DNA of 64,000 nucleotides from Camelus dromedarius (Eukaryota), in NCBI RefSeq assembly GCF_036321535.1, contig NC_087436.1:2046001-2110000 (forward strand), written 5' to 3'. The number at the start of each line of letters is the position of its first letter. The stretch's first letter is position 1. Positions 39,601 through 52,134 of this stretch are shown here, piece by piece. Under the pieces are notes generated by a model that made no database searches, was not told where the DNA came from, and worked only from the letters and a program-made list of their open reading frames with translations. The translations under genes were made by a program, and so were the position numbers.

Positions 39601-42600
39601 AGGGAACGGGTTGCAGGGGCAACTTTTACTCTGGATTCTCAGTCTATTTCCTAGTGCCGGTTTGAAGTTCCTGCAGTTTTCACTGTAAAACTGAGTTGGA
39701 GCTAGTACCTTCCCATAAATATGTATGGATTGGAGTTTGCAACTGAAAAGAAACTTTGTGTTCCCAACAAGTTAGTTGAAGGACGGCTTTCACACACACT
39801 TATCTCTCAGAACTGAGCATGTGGAGAGACGTTCATTCATCTAGCACAAAGGGAACGGGTTGCAGGAGAAACTTTTACTCTGGTTTCTCAGTCTGTTTCC
39901 TAGTGCCGGTTTGAACTTAATGCAGTTTTCACTGTAAAACCGAGTTGGAGCTAGTACCTCCCCATATATATTTATGCAGTGGAGTTTACAACTGAAAAGA
40001 AACTTTGTGTTCCCAACAAGATAGGTGAAGGACGGCTTTCACACACACTTATCTCTCAGAACTGAGCATGTGGAGAGACGTTCGTTCATCAAACACAAAT
40101 GGAACGGTTTGCAGCAGAAAATTTTACTCTGGTTTCTCAGACTGTTTCCTAGTGCCGGTTTGAAGTTCCTGCAGTTTTCACTGTAAAATCGATTTGGAGC
40201 TAGTACCTCCCCATATATATTTATGGAGTGGAGTTTGCAACTGAAAACAAACTTTGTGTTCCCAACAAGCTAGGTGAAGTACAGCATTCACACACACTTA
40301 TCTCTCAGAACTGAGCATGTGGAGAGACGTTCGTTCATCTAGCACAAAGGGAACGGTTTGCAGGGAAACTTTTACTCTGGTTTCTCAGTCTGTTTCCTAG
40401 TGCCGGTTTGAAGTTCCTGCAGTTTTAACTGTAGAACCGAGTTGAAGTTAGTACCTCCCCATATATATATGGAGTGGAGTTTGCAACTGAAAAGGAACAT
40501 TGTGTTCCCAACAAGCTAGGTGAAGTTCGGCTTTCACACACACTTATCTTTCAGAACTGAGCATGTGGAGAGACGTTCGTTCATCTAGCACAAAGGGAAC
40601 GGGTTGCAGGAGAAACTTTTACTCTGGTTATTCAGTCTTTTTCCTAGTGCCGATTTGAAGTTCCTGCAGTTTTCACTGTAAAACCGAGTTGGAGCTAGCA
40701 CCTCCCCCATTTATATGTATGGAGTGGACTTTTCCACTGAAAAGAAACTTTGTGTTCCCAACAAGCTAGGTGAAGGACGGCTTTCACACACACATATCTC
40801 TCAGAACTTAGCATGTGGAGGGACGTTCGTTCATTTAGCACAAAGGAACGGTTTGCAAGAGTAACATTTACTCTGGAATCTCAGTCTGTTTCCTAGTGCC
40901 GGTTTGAAGTTCCTGCAGTTTTCACTGTAAAACCGAGTTGGAGCTAGTACCTCCCCATAAATATATATGGACTGGAGTTTGCAACTTAAAAGAAATTTTG
41001 TGTTCCCAACAAGCTAGGTGAAGGACGGCTTTCACACACACTTATCTCTAAGAAATGAGCATGTGAAGAGACGATCGTTCATCAAGCACAAAGGGAACGG
41101 GTTGCAGGAGAAACTTTTACTCTGGAATCTCAGTCTGTTTCCTAGTGCCGGTTTGAAGTTCCTGCAGTTTTCTCTGTAAAATCGAGTTGGAGTTAGAACC
41201 TCCCCATATATATGTATAGATTGCAGTTTGCAAGTGAAAAGAAACATTGAGTTCCCAGCAAGCTTGGTGAAGGACGGCATTCACACACACTTATCTCTCA
41301 GAACTGAGCATGAGGAGAGACGTTCGTTCATCTAGCACAAAGGGAACGGGTTGCAGGAGAAACTTTTACTCTGGTTTCTCAGTCTGTTTCCTAGTGCCGG
41401 TTTGAAGTTCCAGCAGTTTTCACTGCAAAATCGAGTTGGAGCTAGTACCTCCCCATATATATGTATGGATTGGAGTTTGCAAGTTAAAAGAAACTTTGTG
41501 TTCCCAATAAGCTAGGTGAAGTATGGCTTTCAGACACACTTATCTCTCAGAACTGAGCATGTGGAGAGACGTTCGTTCATCTAGCACAAAGGGAACGGGT
41601 TGCAGGAGAAACTTTTACTCTGGTTTCTCAGTCTGTTTCCTAGTGCCGATTTGAAGTTCCTGCAGTTTTCACAGTAAAACCGGGTTGGGGCTAGTACCTC
41701 CCCATATATATGTATGGAGTGGAGTTTGCAACTGAAAAGAAACTTTGTGTTCCCAACAAGATAGGTGAAGGACGGCTTTCACACACATTTATCTCTCAGA
41801 ACTGAGCATGTGGAGAGACGTTCGTTCATCTAGCAAAATGGGAACGGTTTGCAGGAGAAACTTTTACTCTGGTTTCTCAGTCTTTTTCCTACTGCCTTTT
41901 TGAAGTTCCTGCAGTTTTCACTGTAAAACCGAGTTGGAGCTATTACCTCCCCATATATATGTATGGAGTGGAGTTTGCAAGTGAAAAGAATGTTTGTGTT
42001 CCCAACAAGATAGGTGAAGGACGGCTTTCACACACACTTATCTCTCAGAACTGAGCATGTGGAGAGACGTTCGTTCATTTAGCACAAAGGGAACGGTTTG
42101 CAGGAGAAACTTTTATTCTGGTTTCTCAGTCTGTTTCCTAGTGCCGGTTTGAAGTTCCTGCAGTTTTCACTGTAAAATCGAGTTGGAGTTAGAACCTACC
42201 CATATATATTTATGGATTGCAGTTTGCAAGTGAAAAGAATCTTTGAGTTCCCAACAAGCTAGGTGAAGGACGGCTTTCACACACACTTATCTCTCAGAAC
42301 TGAGCATGTGGAGAGACGATCGTTCAACTAGCACAAAGGGAACGGTTTGCTGGAGAAAATTTTACTCTGGTTTCTCAGTCGGTTTCCTAGTGCCGGTTTG
42401 AAGTTCCTGCAGTTTTCACTGCAAAACCGAGTTGGAGCTAGTACATCCCCATAAATATGTATGGATTGGAGTTAGCAAGTGAAAAGAAACATAGTGTTCC
42501 CAACAAGCTAGGTGAAGGACGGCTTTCAGACACAATTATCCCTCAGAACTGAGCATGTGGAGAGACGTTCGTTCATCAAGCACAAAGGGAACGGGTTGCA

Positions 42601-42929
42601 GGAGAAACTTTTACTCTGGATTCTCAGTCTGTTTCCAAGTGCCGGTTAGAAGTTCCTGCAGTTTTCACTGTAAAACCGAGTTGGAGCTAGTACCTACCCG
42701 TATATATGTATGGAGTGGAGTTTGCAACTGAAAAGAAACTTTGTTTTCTCAACAAGCTATGTGAAGGACGTCTTTCACACACACTTATCTCTCAGAACTT
42801 AACATGTGGAGAAACTTTCGTTCATTTAGAACAAAGGAACGGGTTGCAAGAGTAACATTTACTCTGGAATCTCAGTCTGTTTCCTAGTGCCGTTTTGAAG
42901 TTCCTGCAGTTTTCACTGTAAAACCGAGT

Positions 42930-45489
42930 TGGAGCTAGTACCTCCCCATATATATGTATGGAGTGGAGTTTGCAACTGAAAAGAAACTTTGTGTTCCCAA
43001 CAAGTTAGTTGAAGGACGGCTTTCACACACACTTATCTCTCAGACTGAGCATGTGGAGAGACGATCGTTCATCAAGCACAAAGGGAACGGGTTGCAGGAG
43101 AAACTTTTACTCTGGATTCTCAGTCTGTTTCCTAGTGCCGGTTTGAAGTTCCTGCAGTTTTCACTGTAAAACCGAGTTGGAGCTAGTGCCTCCCCATAAA
43201 TATTTATGGAGTTGGGTTTGCAACTGAAAAGAAACTTTTTCTTCCCAACATTCTACGTGAAGGAGGGCTTTCACACACACTTATCTCTCAGAACTGAGCA
43301 TGTGGAGAGACGTTCGTTCATCTAGCAAAAAGGGAACGGGTTGCAGGAGAAACTTTTACTCTGGTTTCTCATTTTTTTCCTACTGCCGTTTTGAAGTTCC
43401 TGCAGTTTTCACTGTAAAACCGAGTTGGATCTATTACCTCCCCATAAATATGTATGGAGTGGGTTTTGCAACTGAAAAGAAACTTTGTTTTCCCAACAAG
43501 CTAGGTGAAGGACGGCTTTCACACACACTTATCTCTCAGAACTGAGCATGTGGAGAGAAGTTCGTTCATCTGGCAAAAATGGAACGGGTTGCAGGAGAAA
43601 CTTTTACTCTGGTTTCTCAATCTTTATCCCACTGCCGGTTTGAAGTTCCTGCAGTTTTCACTGTAAAACCGAGTTGTAGCTATTACCTCCCCATAAATAT
43701 GTATGGAGTGGGTTTTGCAACTGAAAAGAAACTTTGTGTTCCCAACAAGCTAGGTGAAGGACGGCATTCACACACAATTATCTCTCAGAACTGAGCATGT
43801 GGAGAGACGTTCGTTCATTTGGCAGGAAGGGAAATGTTTGCAGGAGAAACTTTTACTCTTGTTTCTCAGTATGTTTCCTAGTGCCGGTTTGAAGTTCCTG
43901 CAGTTTTCACTGTAAAACCGAGTTGGAGCTAGTACCTCCCCATATATATCTATGGAGTGGAGTTTGCAACTGAAAAGAAACTTTGTGTTCCGAACAAGCT
44001 AGGTGAAGGACGGCTTTCACACACACTTATCTCTCAGAACTTAACATGTGGAGAGACGTTCGTTCATTTAGAACAAAGAACGGGTTGCAGGAGTAACATT
44101 TACTCTGGGTTCTCAGTCTGTTTCCTAGTGCCGTATTGAAGTTCCTGCAGTTTTCACAGTAAAATAGACTTGGAGCTAGTACCTCCCCATATATATGTAT
44201 GGAGTGGAGTTTGCAACTGAAAAGAAACTTTGTGTTCCCAACAAGTTAGTTGAAGGACGGCTTTCACACACACTTATCTCTCAGACTGAGCATGTGGAGA
44301 GACGATCGTTCATCAAGCACAAAGGGAACGGGTTGCAGGAGAAACTTTTACTCTGGATTCTCAGTCTATTTCCTAGTGCCGGTTTGAAGTTCCTGAAGTT
44401 TTCACTGTAAACCCGAGTTGGAGCTAGTGCCTCCCCATAAATATTTATGGAGTTGGGTTTGCAACTGAAAAGAAACTTTTTCTTCCCAACAATCTACGTG
44501 AAGGAGGGCTTTCACACACACTTATCTCTCAGAACTGAGCATGTGGAGAGACGTTCGTTCATCTAGCAAAAAGGGAACGGGTTGCAGGAGAAACTTTTAC
44601 TCTGGTTTCTCATTCTTTTTCCTACTGCCGTTTTGAAGTTCCTGCAGTTTTCACTGTAAAACCGAGTTGGATCTATTACCTCCCCATAAATATGTATGGA
44701 GTGGGTTTTGCAACTGAAAAGAAACTTTGTTTTCCCAACAAGCTAGGTGAAGGACGGCTTTCACACACACTTATCTCTCAGAACTGAGCATGTGGAGAGA
44801 AGTTCGTTCATCTGGCAAAAATGGAACGGGTTGCAGGAGAAACTTTTTCTCTGGTTTCTCAATTTTTATCCCACTGCCGGTTTGATGTTCCTGCAGTTTT
44901 CACTGTAAAACCGAGTTGTAGCTATTACCTCCCCATAAATATGTATGGAGTGGAGTTTGCAACTGAAAAGAAACTTTGTGTTCCCAACAAGCTTGGTGAA
45001 GGACGGCATTCACACACAATTATCTCTCAGAACTGAGCATGTGGAGAGACGTTCGTTCATTTGGCAGGAAGGGAAATGTTTGCAGGAGAAACTTTTACTC
45101 TTGTTTCTCAGTATGTTTCCTAGTGCCGGTTTGAAGTTCCTGCAGTTTTCACTGTAAAACCGAGTTGGAGCTAGTACCTCCCCATATATATCTATGGAGT
45201 GGAGTTTGCAACTGAAAAGAAACTTTGTGTTCCGAACAAGCTAGGTGAAGGACGGCTTTCACACACACTTATCTCTCAGAACTTAACATGTGGAGAGACG
45301 TTCGTTCATTTAGAACAAAGAACGGGTTGCAGGAGTAACATTTACTCTGGGTTTTCAGTCTGTTTCCTAGTGCCGTATTGAAGTTCCTGCAGTTTTCACA
45401 GTAAAATAGAGTTGGAGCTAGTACCTCCCCATATATATATATATGGAGTGGAGTTTGCAACTGAAAAGAAACTTTGTGTTCCCAACAAG
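42930..45489 (+). repeat. 5-monomer tandem duplication (period ~1241 bp), also present in the second 29-mer copy (~50140-52697)
   Basis: ORF pairs 42954/44195, 43579/44821 and 43957/45199, and likewise 50163/51404, 50788/52029 and 51166/52407. Confidence 0.88.
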
Positions 45490-48400
45490 CTAGTTGAAGG
45501 ACGGCTTTCACACACACTTATCTCTCAGAAATTAACATGTGGAGAGACGTTCGTTCATTTAGCACAAAGGGAACGGTTTGCAGGAGTAAATATTACTCTG
45601 GAGTCTCAGTCTGTTTCCTAGTGTCGGTTTGAATTTCCTGCAGTTTTCACTGTAAAACCTAGTTGGAGCTAGTGCCTCCCCATAAATATGTATGGAGTGG
45701 AGTTTACACCTGAAAATAAACTTTGTGTTCCCAACAAGCTAGGTGAAGATTGGCTTTCACACACACTTATCTCTCAGAACTGAGCATTTGGAGAGACGTT
45801 CGTTCATCTAGCAAAATCGGAACGGGTTGCAGGAGAAACTTTTACTCTGGTTTCTCAGTATTTTTCCTAATGCCGGTTTGATGTTCCTGCAGTTTTCACT
45901 GTAAAACCGAGTTGGAGCTATTACCTCCCCATAAATATGTATGGAGTGGAGTTTGCAACTGAAAAGAAAGTTTGTTTTCCCAACAAGCTAGGTGAAGGAC
46001 GGCTTTCACACACACTTATCTCTCAGAACTGAGCATGGGGAGAGATGTTCGTTCATCTACCAAAAATGGAACGGGTTGCAGGAGAAACTTTTACTCTGGT
46101 TTCTCAGTCTTTTTCCTACTGCCAGTTTGAAGTTCCTGCAGTTTTCACTGTAAAAACGAGTTGTAGCTATTACCTCCCCATAAATATGTATGGAGTGGAG
46201 TTTGCAACTGAAAAGAAACTTTGTGTTCCCAACAAGCTAGGTGAAGTACGGCTTTCACACACACTTATCTCTCAGAACTGAGCATGTGGAAAGACGTTCG
46301 TTCATCTAGCAGGAATGGAACAGTTTGCAGGAGAAACTTTTACTCTGGTTTCTCAGTCTGTTTCCTAGTGCCGGTTTGAAGTTCCTGCAGTTTTCACTGT
46401 AAACCCGAGTTGGAGCTAGAACCTCCCCATAAATATGTATGGAGTGGAGTTTGCAACTGAAAAGAAACTTTGTGTTCCCAACAAGCTAGGTGAAGTACGG
46501 CTTTCACACACTATTATATCTCAGAACTGAGCATGTGGAGACGTTCGTTCATCTAGCAGGAATGGATCAGTTTGCAGGAGAAACTTTTACTCTGGTTTCT
46601 CAGTCTGTTTCCTAGTGCCGGTTTGAAGTTCCTGCAGTTTTCACTGTAAAACCTAGTTGGAGCTAGGAGCTACACATATATATGTATGGAGTGGAGTTTG
46701 CAACTGAAAAGAATCTTTGTGTTCCCAAAAGCTAGGTGAAGGACGGCTTTCACACACACTTATCTCTGAGAACTTAACCTGTGGAGAGACGTTCGTTCAT
46801 TTAGCACAAAAGGAACGGTTTGCAGGAATAAATATTACTCTGGAATCTCAGTCTGTTTCCTAGTGCCGGTTTGAAATTCCTGCAGTTTTCACTGTAAAAC
46901 AGAGTTGGAGCTAGTACTTCCATATAAATATATATGGAGTGGAGTTTGCAACTGAAAAGAATCTTTGTATTCCCAAGTAGCTAGGTGAAGGACGGCTTTC
47001 ACAAACACTTACCTCAGAACAGAGCATGAGGAGAGACGGTCGTTCATCTAGCACAAAAGGAACGGGTTGCAGGAGAAAGTTTTACTCTGGGTTCTCGGTA
47101 TGTTTCCTAGTGCCGGTTTGAAGTTCCTGCAGTTTTCACTGTAAAACCGAGTTGGAGCTAGTAGCTCCCCATATATATGTATGGAGTGGAGTTTGCAACT
47201 GAAAAGAAACTTTGTGTTCCCAACAAGCTAGGTGAAGGACGGCTTTCACACACACTTATCTCTCAGAACTTAACATGTGGAGAGACTTTCGTTCATTTAG
47301 CACAAAGGAACGGGTTGCAGGAGTAACATTTACTCTGGAATATCAGTCTGTTTCCTAGTGCCGGTTTGAAGTTCCTGCAGTTTTCACTGTAAACCCGAGT
47401 TGGAGCTAGTACCTCTCCATAAATATGTATGGAGTGGAGTTTGCAACTGAAAAGAAACTTTGTGTTCCCAACAAGCTAGGTGAAGGACGGCTTTCACACA
47501 CACTTATCTCTCAGAACTGAGCATGTGGAGAGACGATCGTTCATCAAGCACAAAGGGAACGGGTTGCAGGAGAAACATTTACTCTGGATTCTCAGTCTGT
47601 TTCCTAGTGCCGGTTTGACGTTCCTGCAGTTTTCACTGCAAAACCGAGTTGGAGCTAGTACCTCCCCATGTATATGTATGGATTGGATTTTGCAAGTGAA
47701 AAGAAACATTGTGTTCCCAACAAGCTAGGTGAAGGACGGCTTTCAGACACACTTATCTCTCAGAACTGAGCATGTGGAGAGACATTCGTTCATCTAGCAC
47801 AAAGGGAACGGTTTACAGGAGAAACTTTTACTCTGGTTTCTCAGTCTGTTTCCTAGTGCCGTTTTGAAGTTCCTGCAGTTTTCACAGTAAAACCGAGTTG
47901 GGGCTAGTACCTCCCCATATATTTGTATGGAGTGGAGTTTGCAACTGAAAAGAAACTTTGTGTTCCCAACAAGCTAGGTGAAGGACGGCTTCCTCACACA
48001 CTTACCTCTCAGAACTGAGCATGTGGAGAGACGTTCGTTCATCTAGCAAAAAGGGAACGGGTTGCAGGAGAGACTTTTACTCTGGTTTCTCAGTCTTTTT
48101 CATACTGCCGGTTTGAAGTTCCTGCAGCTTTCACTGTAAAACCGAGTTGGAGCTATTACCTCCCCATAAATATGTATGGATTGGAGTTAGCAACTGAAAA
48201 GAAACTTTGTGTTCCCAACAAGATAGGTGAAGTACGGCTTTCACACAGACTTATCTATCAGAACTAAGCATGTGGAGAGACGATCGTTCATCAAGCACAA
48301 AGGGAACTGGTTGCAGGAGAAACTTTTACTCTGGAATCTCAGTCTGTTTCCTAGTGCCGGTTTGAAGTTCCTGCAGTTTTCTCTGTAAAATCGAGTTGGA

Positions 48401-51400
48401 GTTAGAACCTCCCCATATATATGTATAGATTGCAGTTTGCAAGTGAAAAGAAACATTGAGTTCCCAACAAGCTTGGTGAAGGACGGCATTCACACACACT
48501 TATCTCTCAGAACTGAGCATGAGGAGAGACGTTCGTTCATCTAGCACAAAGGGAACGGGTTGCAGGAGAAACTTTTACTCTGGTTTCTCAGTCTGTTTCC
48601 TAGTGCCGGTTTGAAGTTCCAGCAGTTTTCACTGCAAAATCGAGTTGGAGCTAGTACCTCCCCATATATATGTATGGATTGGAGTTTGCAAGTTAAAAGA
48701 AACTTTGTGTTCCCAATAAGCTAGGTGAAGTATGGCTTTCAGACACACTTATCTCTCAGAACTGAGCATGTGGAGAGACGTTCGTTCATCTAGCACAAAG
48801 GGAACGGGTTGCAGGAGAAACTTTTACTCTGGAATCTCAGTCTGTTTCCTAGTGCCGATTTGAAGTTCCTGCAGTTTTCACAGTAAAACCGGGTTGGGGC
48901 TAGTACCTCCCCATATATATGTATGGAGTGGAGTTTGCAACGGAAAAGAAACTTTGTGTTCCCAACAAGATAGGTGAAGGACGGCTTTCACACACATTTA
49001 TCTCTCAGAACTGAGCATGTGGAGAGACGTTCGTTCATCTAGCAAAATGGGAACGGGTTGCAGGAGAAACTTTTACTCTGGTTTCTCAGTCTTTTTCCTA
49101 CTGCCTTTTTGAAGTTCCTGCAGTTTTCACTGTAAAACCGAGTTGGAGCTATTACCTCCCCATATATATGTATGGAGTGGAGTTTGCAAGTGAAAAGAAT
49201 GTTTGTGTTCCCAACAAGATAGGTGAAGGACGGCTTTCACACACACTTATCTCTCAGAACTGAGCATGTGGAGAGACGTTCGTTCATTTAGCACAAAGGG
49301 AACGGTTTGCAGGAGAAACTTTTATTCTGGTTTCTCAGTCTGTTTCCTAGTGCCGGTTTGAAGTTCCTGCAGTTTTCACTGTAAAATCGAGTTGGAGTTA
49401 GAACCTACCCATATATATTTATGGATTGCAGTTTGCAAGTGAAAAGAATCTTTGAGTTCCCAACAAGCTAGGTGAAGGACGGCTTTCACACACACTTATC
49501 TCTCAGAACTGAGCATGTGGAGAGACGATCGTTCATCTAGCACAAAGGGAACGGTTTGCTGGAGAAAATTTTACTCTGGTTTCTCAGTCGGTTTCCTAGT
49601 GCCGGTTTGAAGTTCCTGCAGTTTTCACTGCAAAACCGAGTTGGAGCTAGTACATCCCCATAAATATGTATGGATTGGAGTTAGCAAGTGAAAAGAAACA
49701 TAGTGTTCCCAACAAGCTAGGTGAAGGACGGCTTTCAGACACAATTATCCCTCAGAACTGAGCATGTGGAGAGACGTTCGTTCATCAAGCACAAAGGGAA
49801 CGGGTTGCAGGAGAAACTTTTACTCTGGATTCTCAGTCTTTTTCCAAGTGCCGGTTTGAATTTCCTGCAGTTTTCACTGTAAAACCGAGTTGGAGCTAGT
49901 ACCTACCCGTATATATGTATGGAGTGGAGTTTGCAACTGAAAAGAAACTTTGTTTTCTCAACAAGCTATGTGAAGGACGTCTTTCACACACACTTATCTC
50001 TCAGAACTTAACATGTGGAGAAACTTTCGTTCATTTAGAACAAAGGAACGGGTTGCAAGAGTAACATTTACTCTGGAATCTCAGTCTGTTTCCTAGTGCC
50101 GTTTTGAAGTTCCTGCAGTTTTCACTGTAAAACCGAGTTGGAGCTAGTACCTCCCCATATATATGTATGGAGTGGAGTTTGCAACTGAAAAGAAACTTTG
50201 TGTTCCCAACAAGTTATTTGAAGGACGGCTTTCACACACACTTATCTCTCAGACTGAGCATGTGGAGAGACGATCGTTCATCAAGCACAAAGGGAACGGG
50301 TTGCAGGAGAAACTTTTACTCTGGATTCTCAGTCTGTTTCCTAGTGCCGGTTTGAAGTTCCTGCAGTTTTCACTGTAAAACCGAGTTGGAGCTAGTGCCT
50401 CCCCATAAATATTTATGGAGTTGGGTTTGCAACTGAAAAGAAACTTTTTCTTCCCAACAATCTACGTGAAGGAGGGCTTTCACACACACTTATCTCTCAG
50501 AACTGAGCATGTGGAGAGACGTTCGTTCATCTAGCAAAAAGGGAACGGGTTGCAGGAGAAACTTTTACTGTGGTTTCTCATTTTTTTCCTACTGCCGTTT
50601 TGAAGTTCCTGCAGTTTTCACTGTAAAACCGAGTTGGATCTATTACCTCCCCATAAATATGTATGGAGTGGGTTTTGCAACTGAAAAGAAACTTTGTTTT
50701 CCCAACAAGCTAGGTGAAGGACGGCTTTCACACACACTTATCTCTCAGAACTGAGCATGTGGAGAGAAGTTCGTTCATCTGGCAAAAATGGAACGGGTTG
50801 CAGGAGAAACTTTTACTCTGGTTTCTCAATCTTTATCCCACTGCCGGTTTGAAGTTCCTGCAGTTTTCACTGTAAAACCGAGTTGTAGCTATTACCTCCC
50901 CATAAATATGTATGGAGTGGAGTTTGCAACTGAAAAGAAACTTTGTGTTCCCAACAAGCTAGGTGAAGGACGGCATTCACACACAATTATCTCTCAGAAC
51001 TGAGCATGTGGAGAGACGTTCGTTCATTTGGCAGGAAGGGAAATGTTTGCAGGAGAAACTTTTACTCTTGTTTCTCAGTATGTTTCCTAGTGCCGGTTTG
51101 AAGTTCCTGCAGTTTTCACTGTAAAACCGAGTTGGAGCTAGTACCTCCCCATATATATCTATGGAGTGGAGTTTGCAACTGAAAAGAAACTTTGTGTTCC
51201 GAACAAGCTAGGTGAAGGACGGCTTTCACACACACTTATCTCTCAGAACTTAACATGTGGAGAGACGTTCGTTCATTTAGAACAAAGAACGGGTTGCAGG
51301 AGTAACATTTACTCTGGGTTCTCAGTCTGTTTCCTAGTGCCGTATTGAAGTTCCTGCAGTTTTCACAGTAAAATAGAGTTGGAGCTAGTACCTCCCCATA

Positions 51401-52134
51401 TATATGTATGGAGTGGAGTTTGCAACTGAAAAGAAACTTTGTGTTCCCAACAAGTTAGTTGAAGGACGGCTTTCACACACACTTATCTCTCAGACTGAGC
51501 ATGTGGAGAGACGATCGTTCATCAAGCACAAAGGGAACGGGTTGCAGGAGAAATTTTACTCTGGATTCTCAGTCTGTTTCCTAGTGCCGGTTTGAAGTTC
51601 CTGAAGTTTTCACTGTAAAACCGAGTTGGAGCTAGTGCCTCCCCATAAATATTTATGGAGTTGGGTTTGCAACTGAAAAGAAACTTTTTCTTCCCAACAA
51701 TCTACGTGAAGGAGGGCTTTCACACACACTTATCTCTCAGAACTGAGCATGTGGAGAGACGTTCGTTCATCTAGCAAAAAGGGAACGGGTTGCAGGAGAA
51801 ACTTTTACTCTGGTTTCTCATTCTTTTTCCTACTGCCGTTTTGAAGTTCCTGCAGTTTTCACTGTAAAACCGAGTTGGATCTATTACCTCCCCATAAATA
51901 TGTATGGAGTGGGTTTTGCAACTGAAAAGAAACTTTGTTTTCCCAACAAGCTAGGTGAAGGACGGCTTTCACACACACTTATCTCTCAGAACTGAGCATG
52001 TGGAGAGAAGTTCGTTCATCTGGCAAAAATGGAACGGGTTGCAGGAGAAACTTTTTCTCTGGTTTCTCAATTTTTATCCCACTGCCGGTTTGAAGTTCCT
52101 GCAGTTTTCACTGTAAAACCGAGTTGTAGCTATT

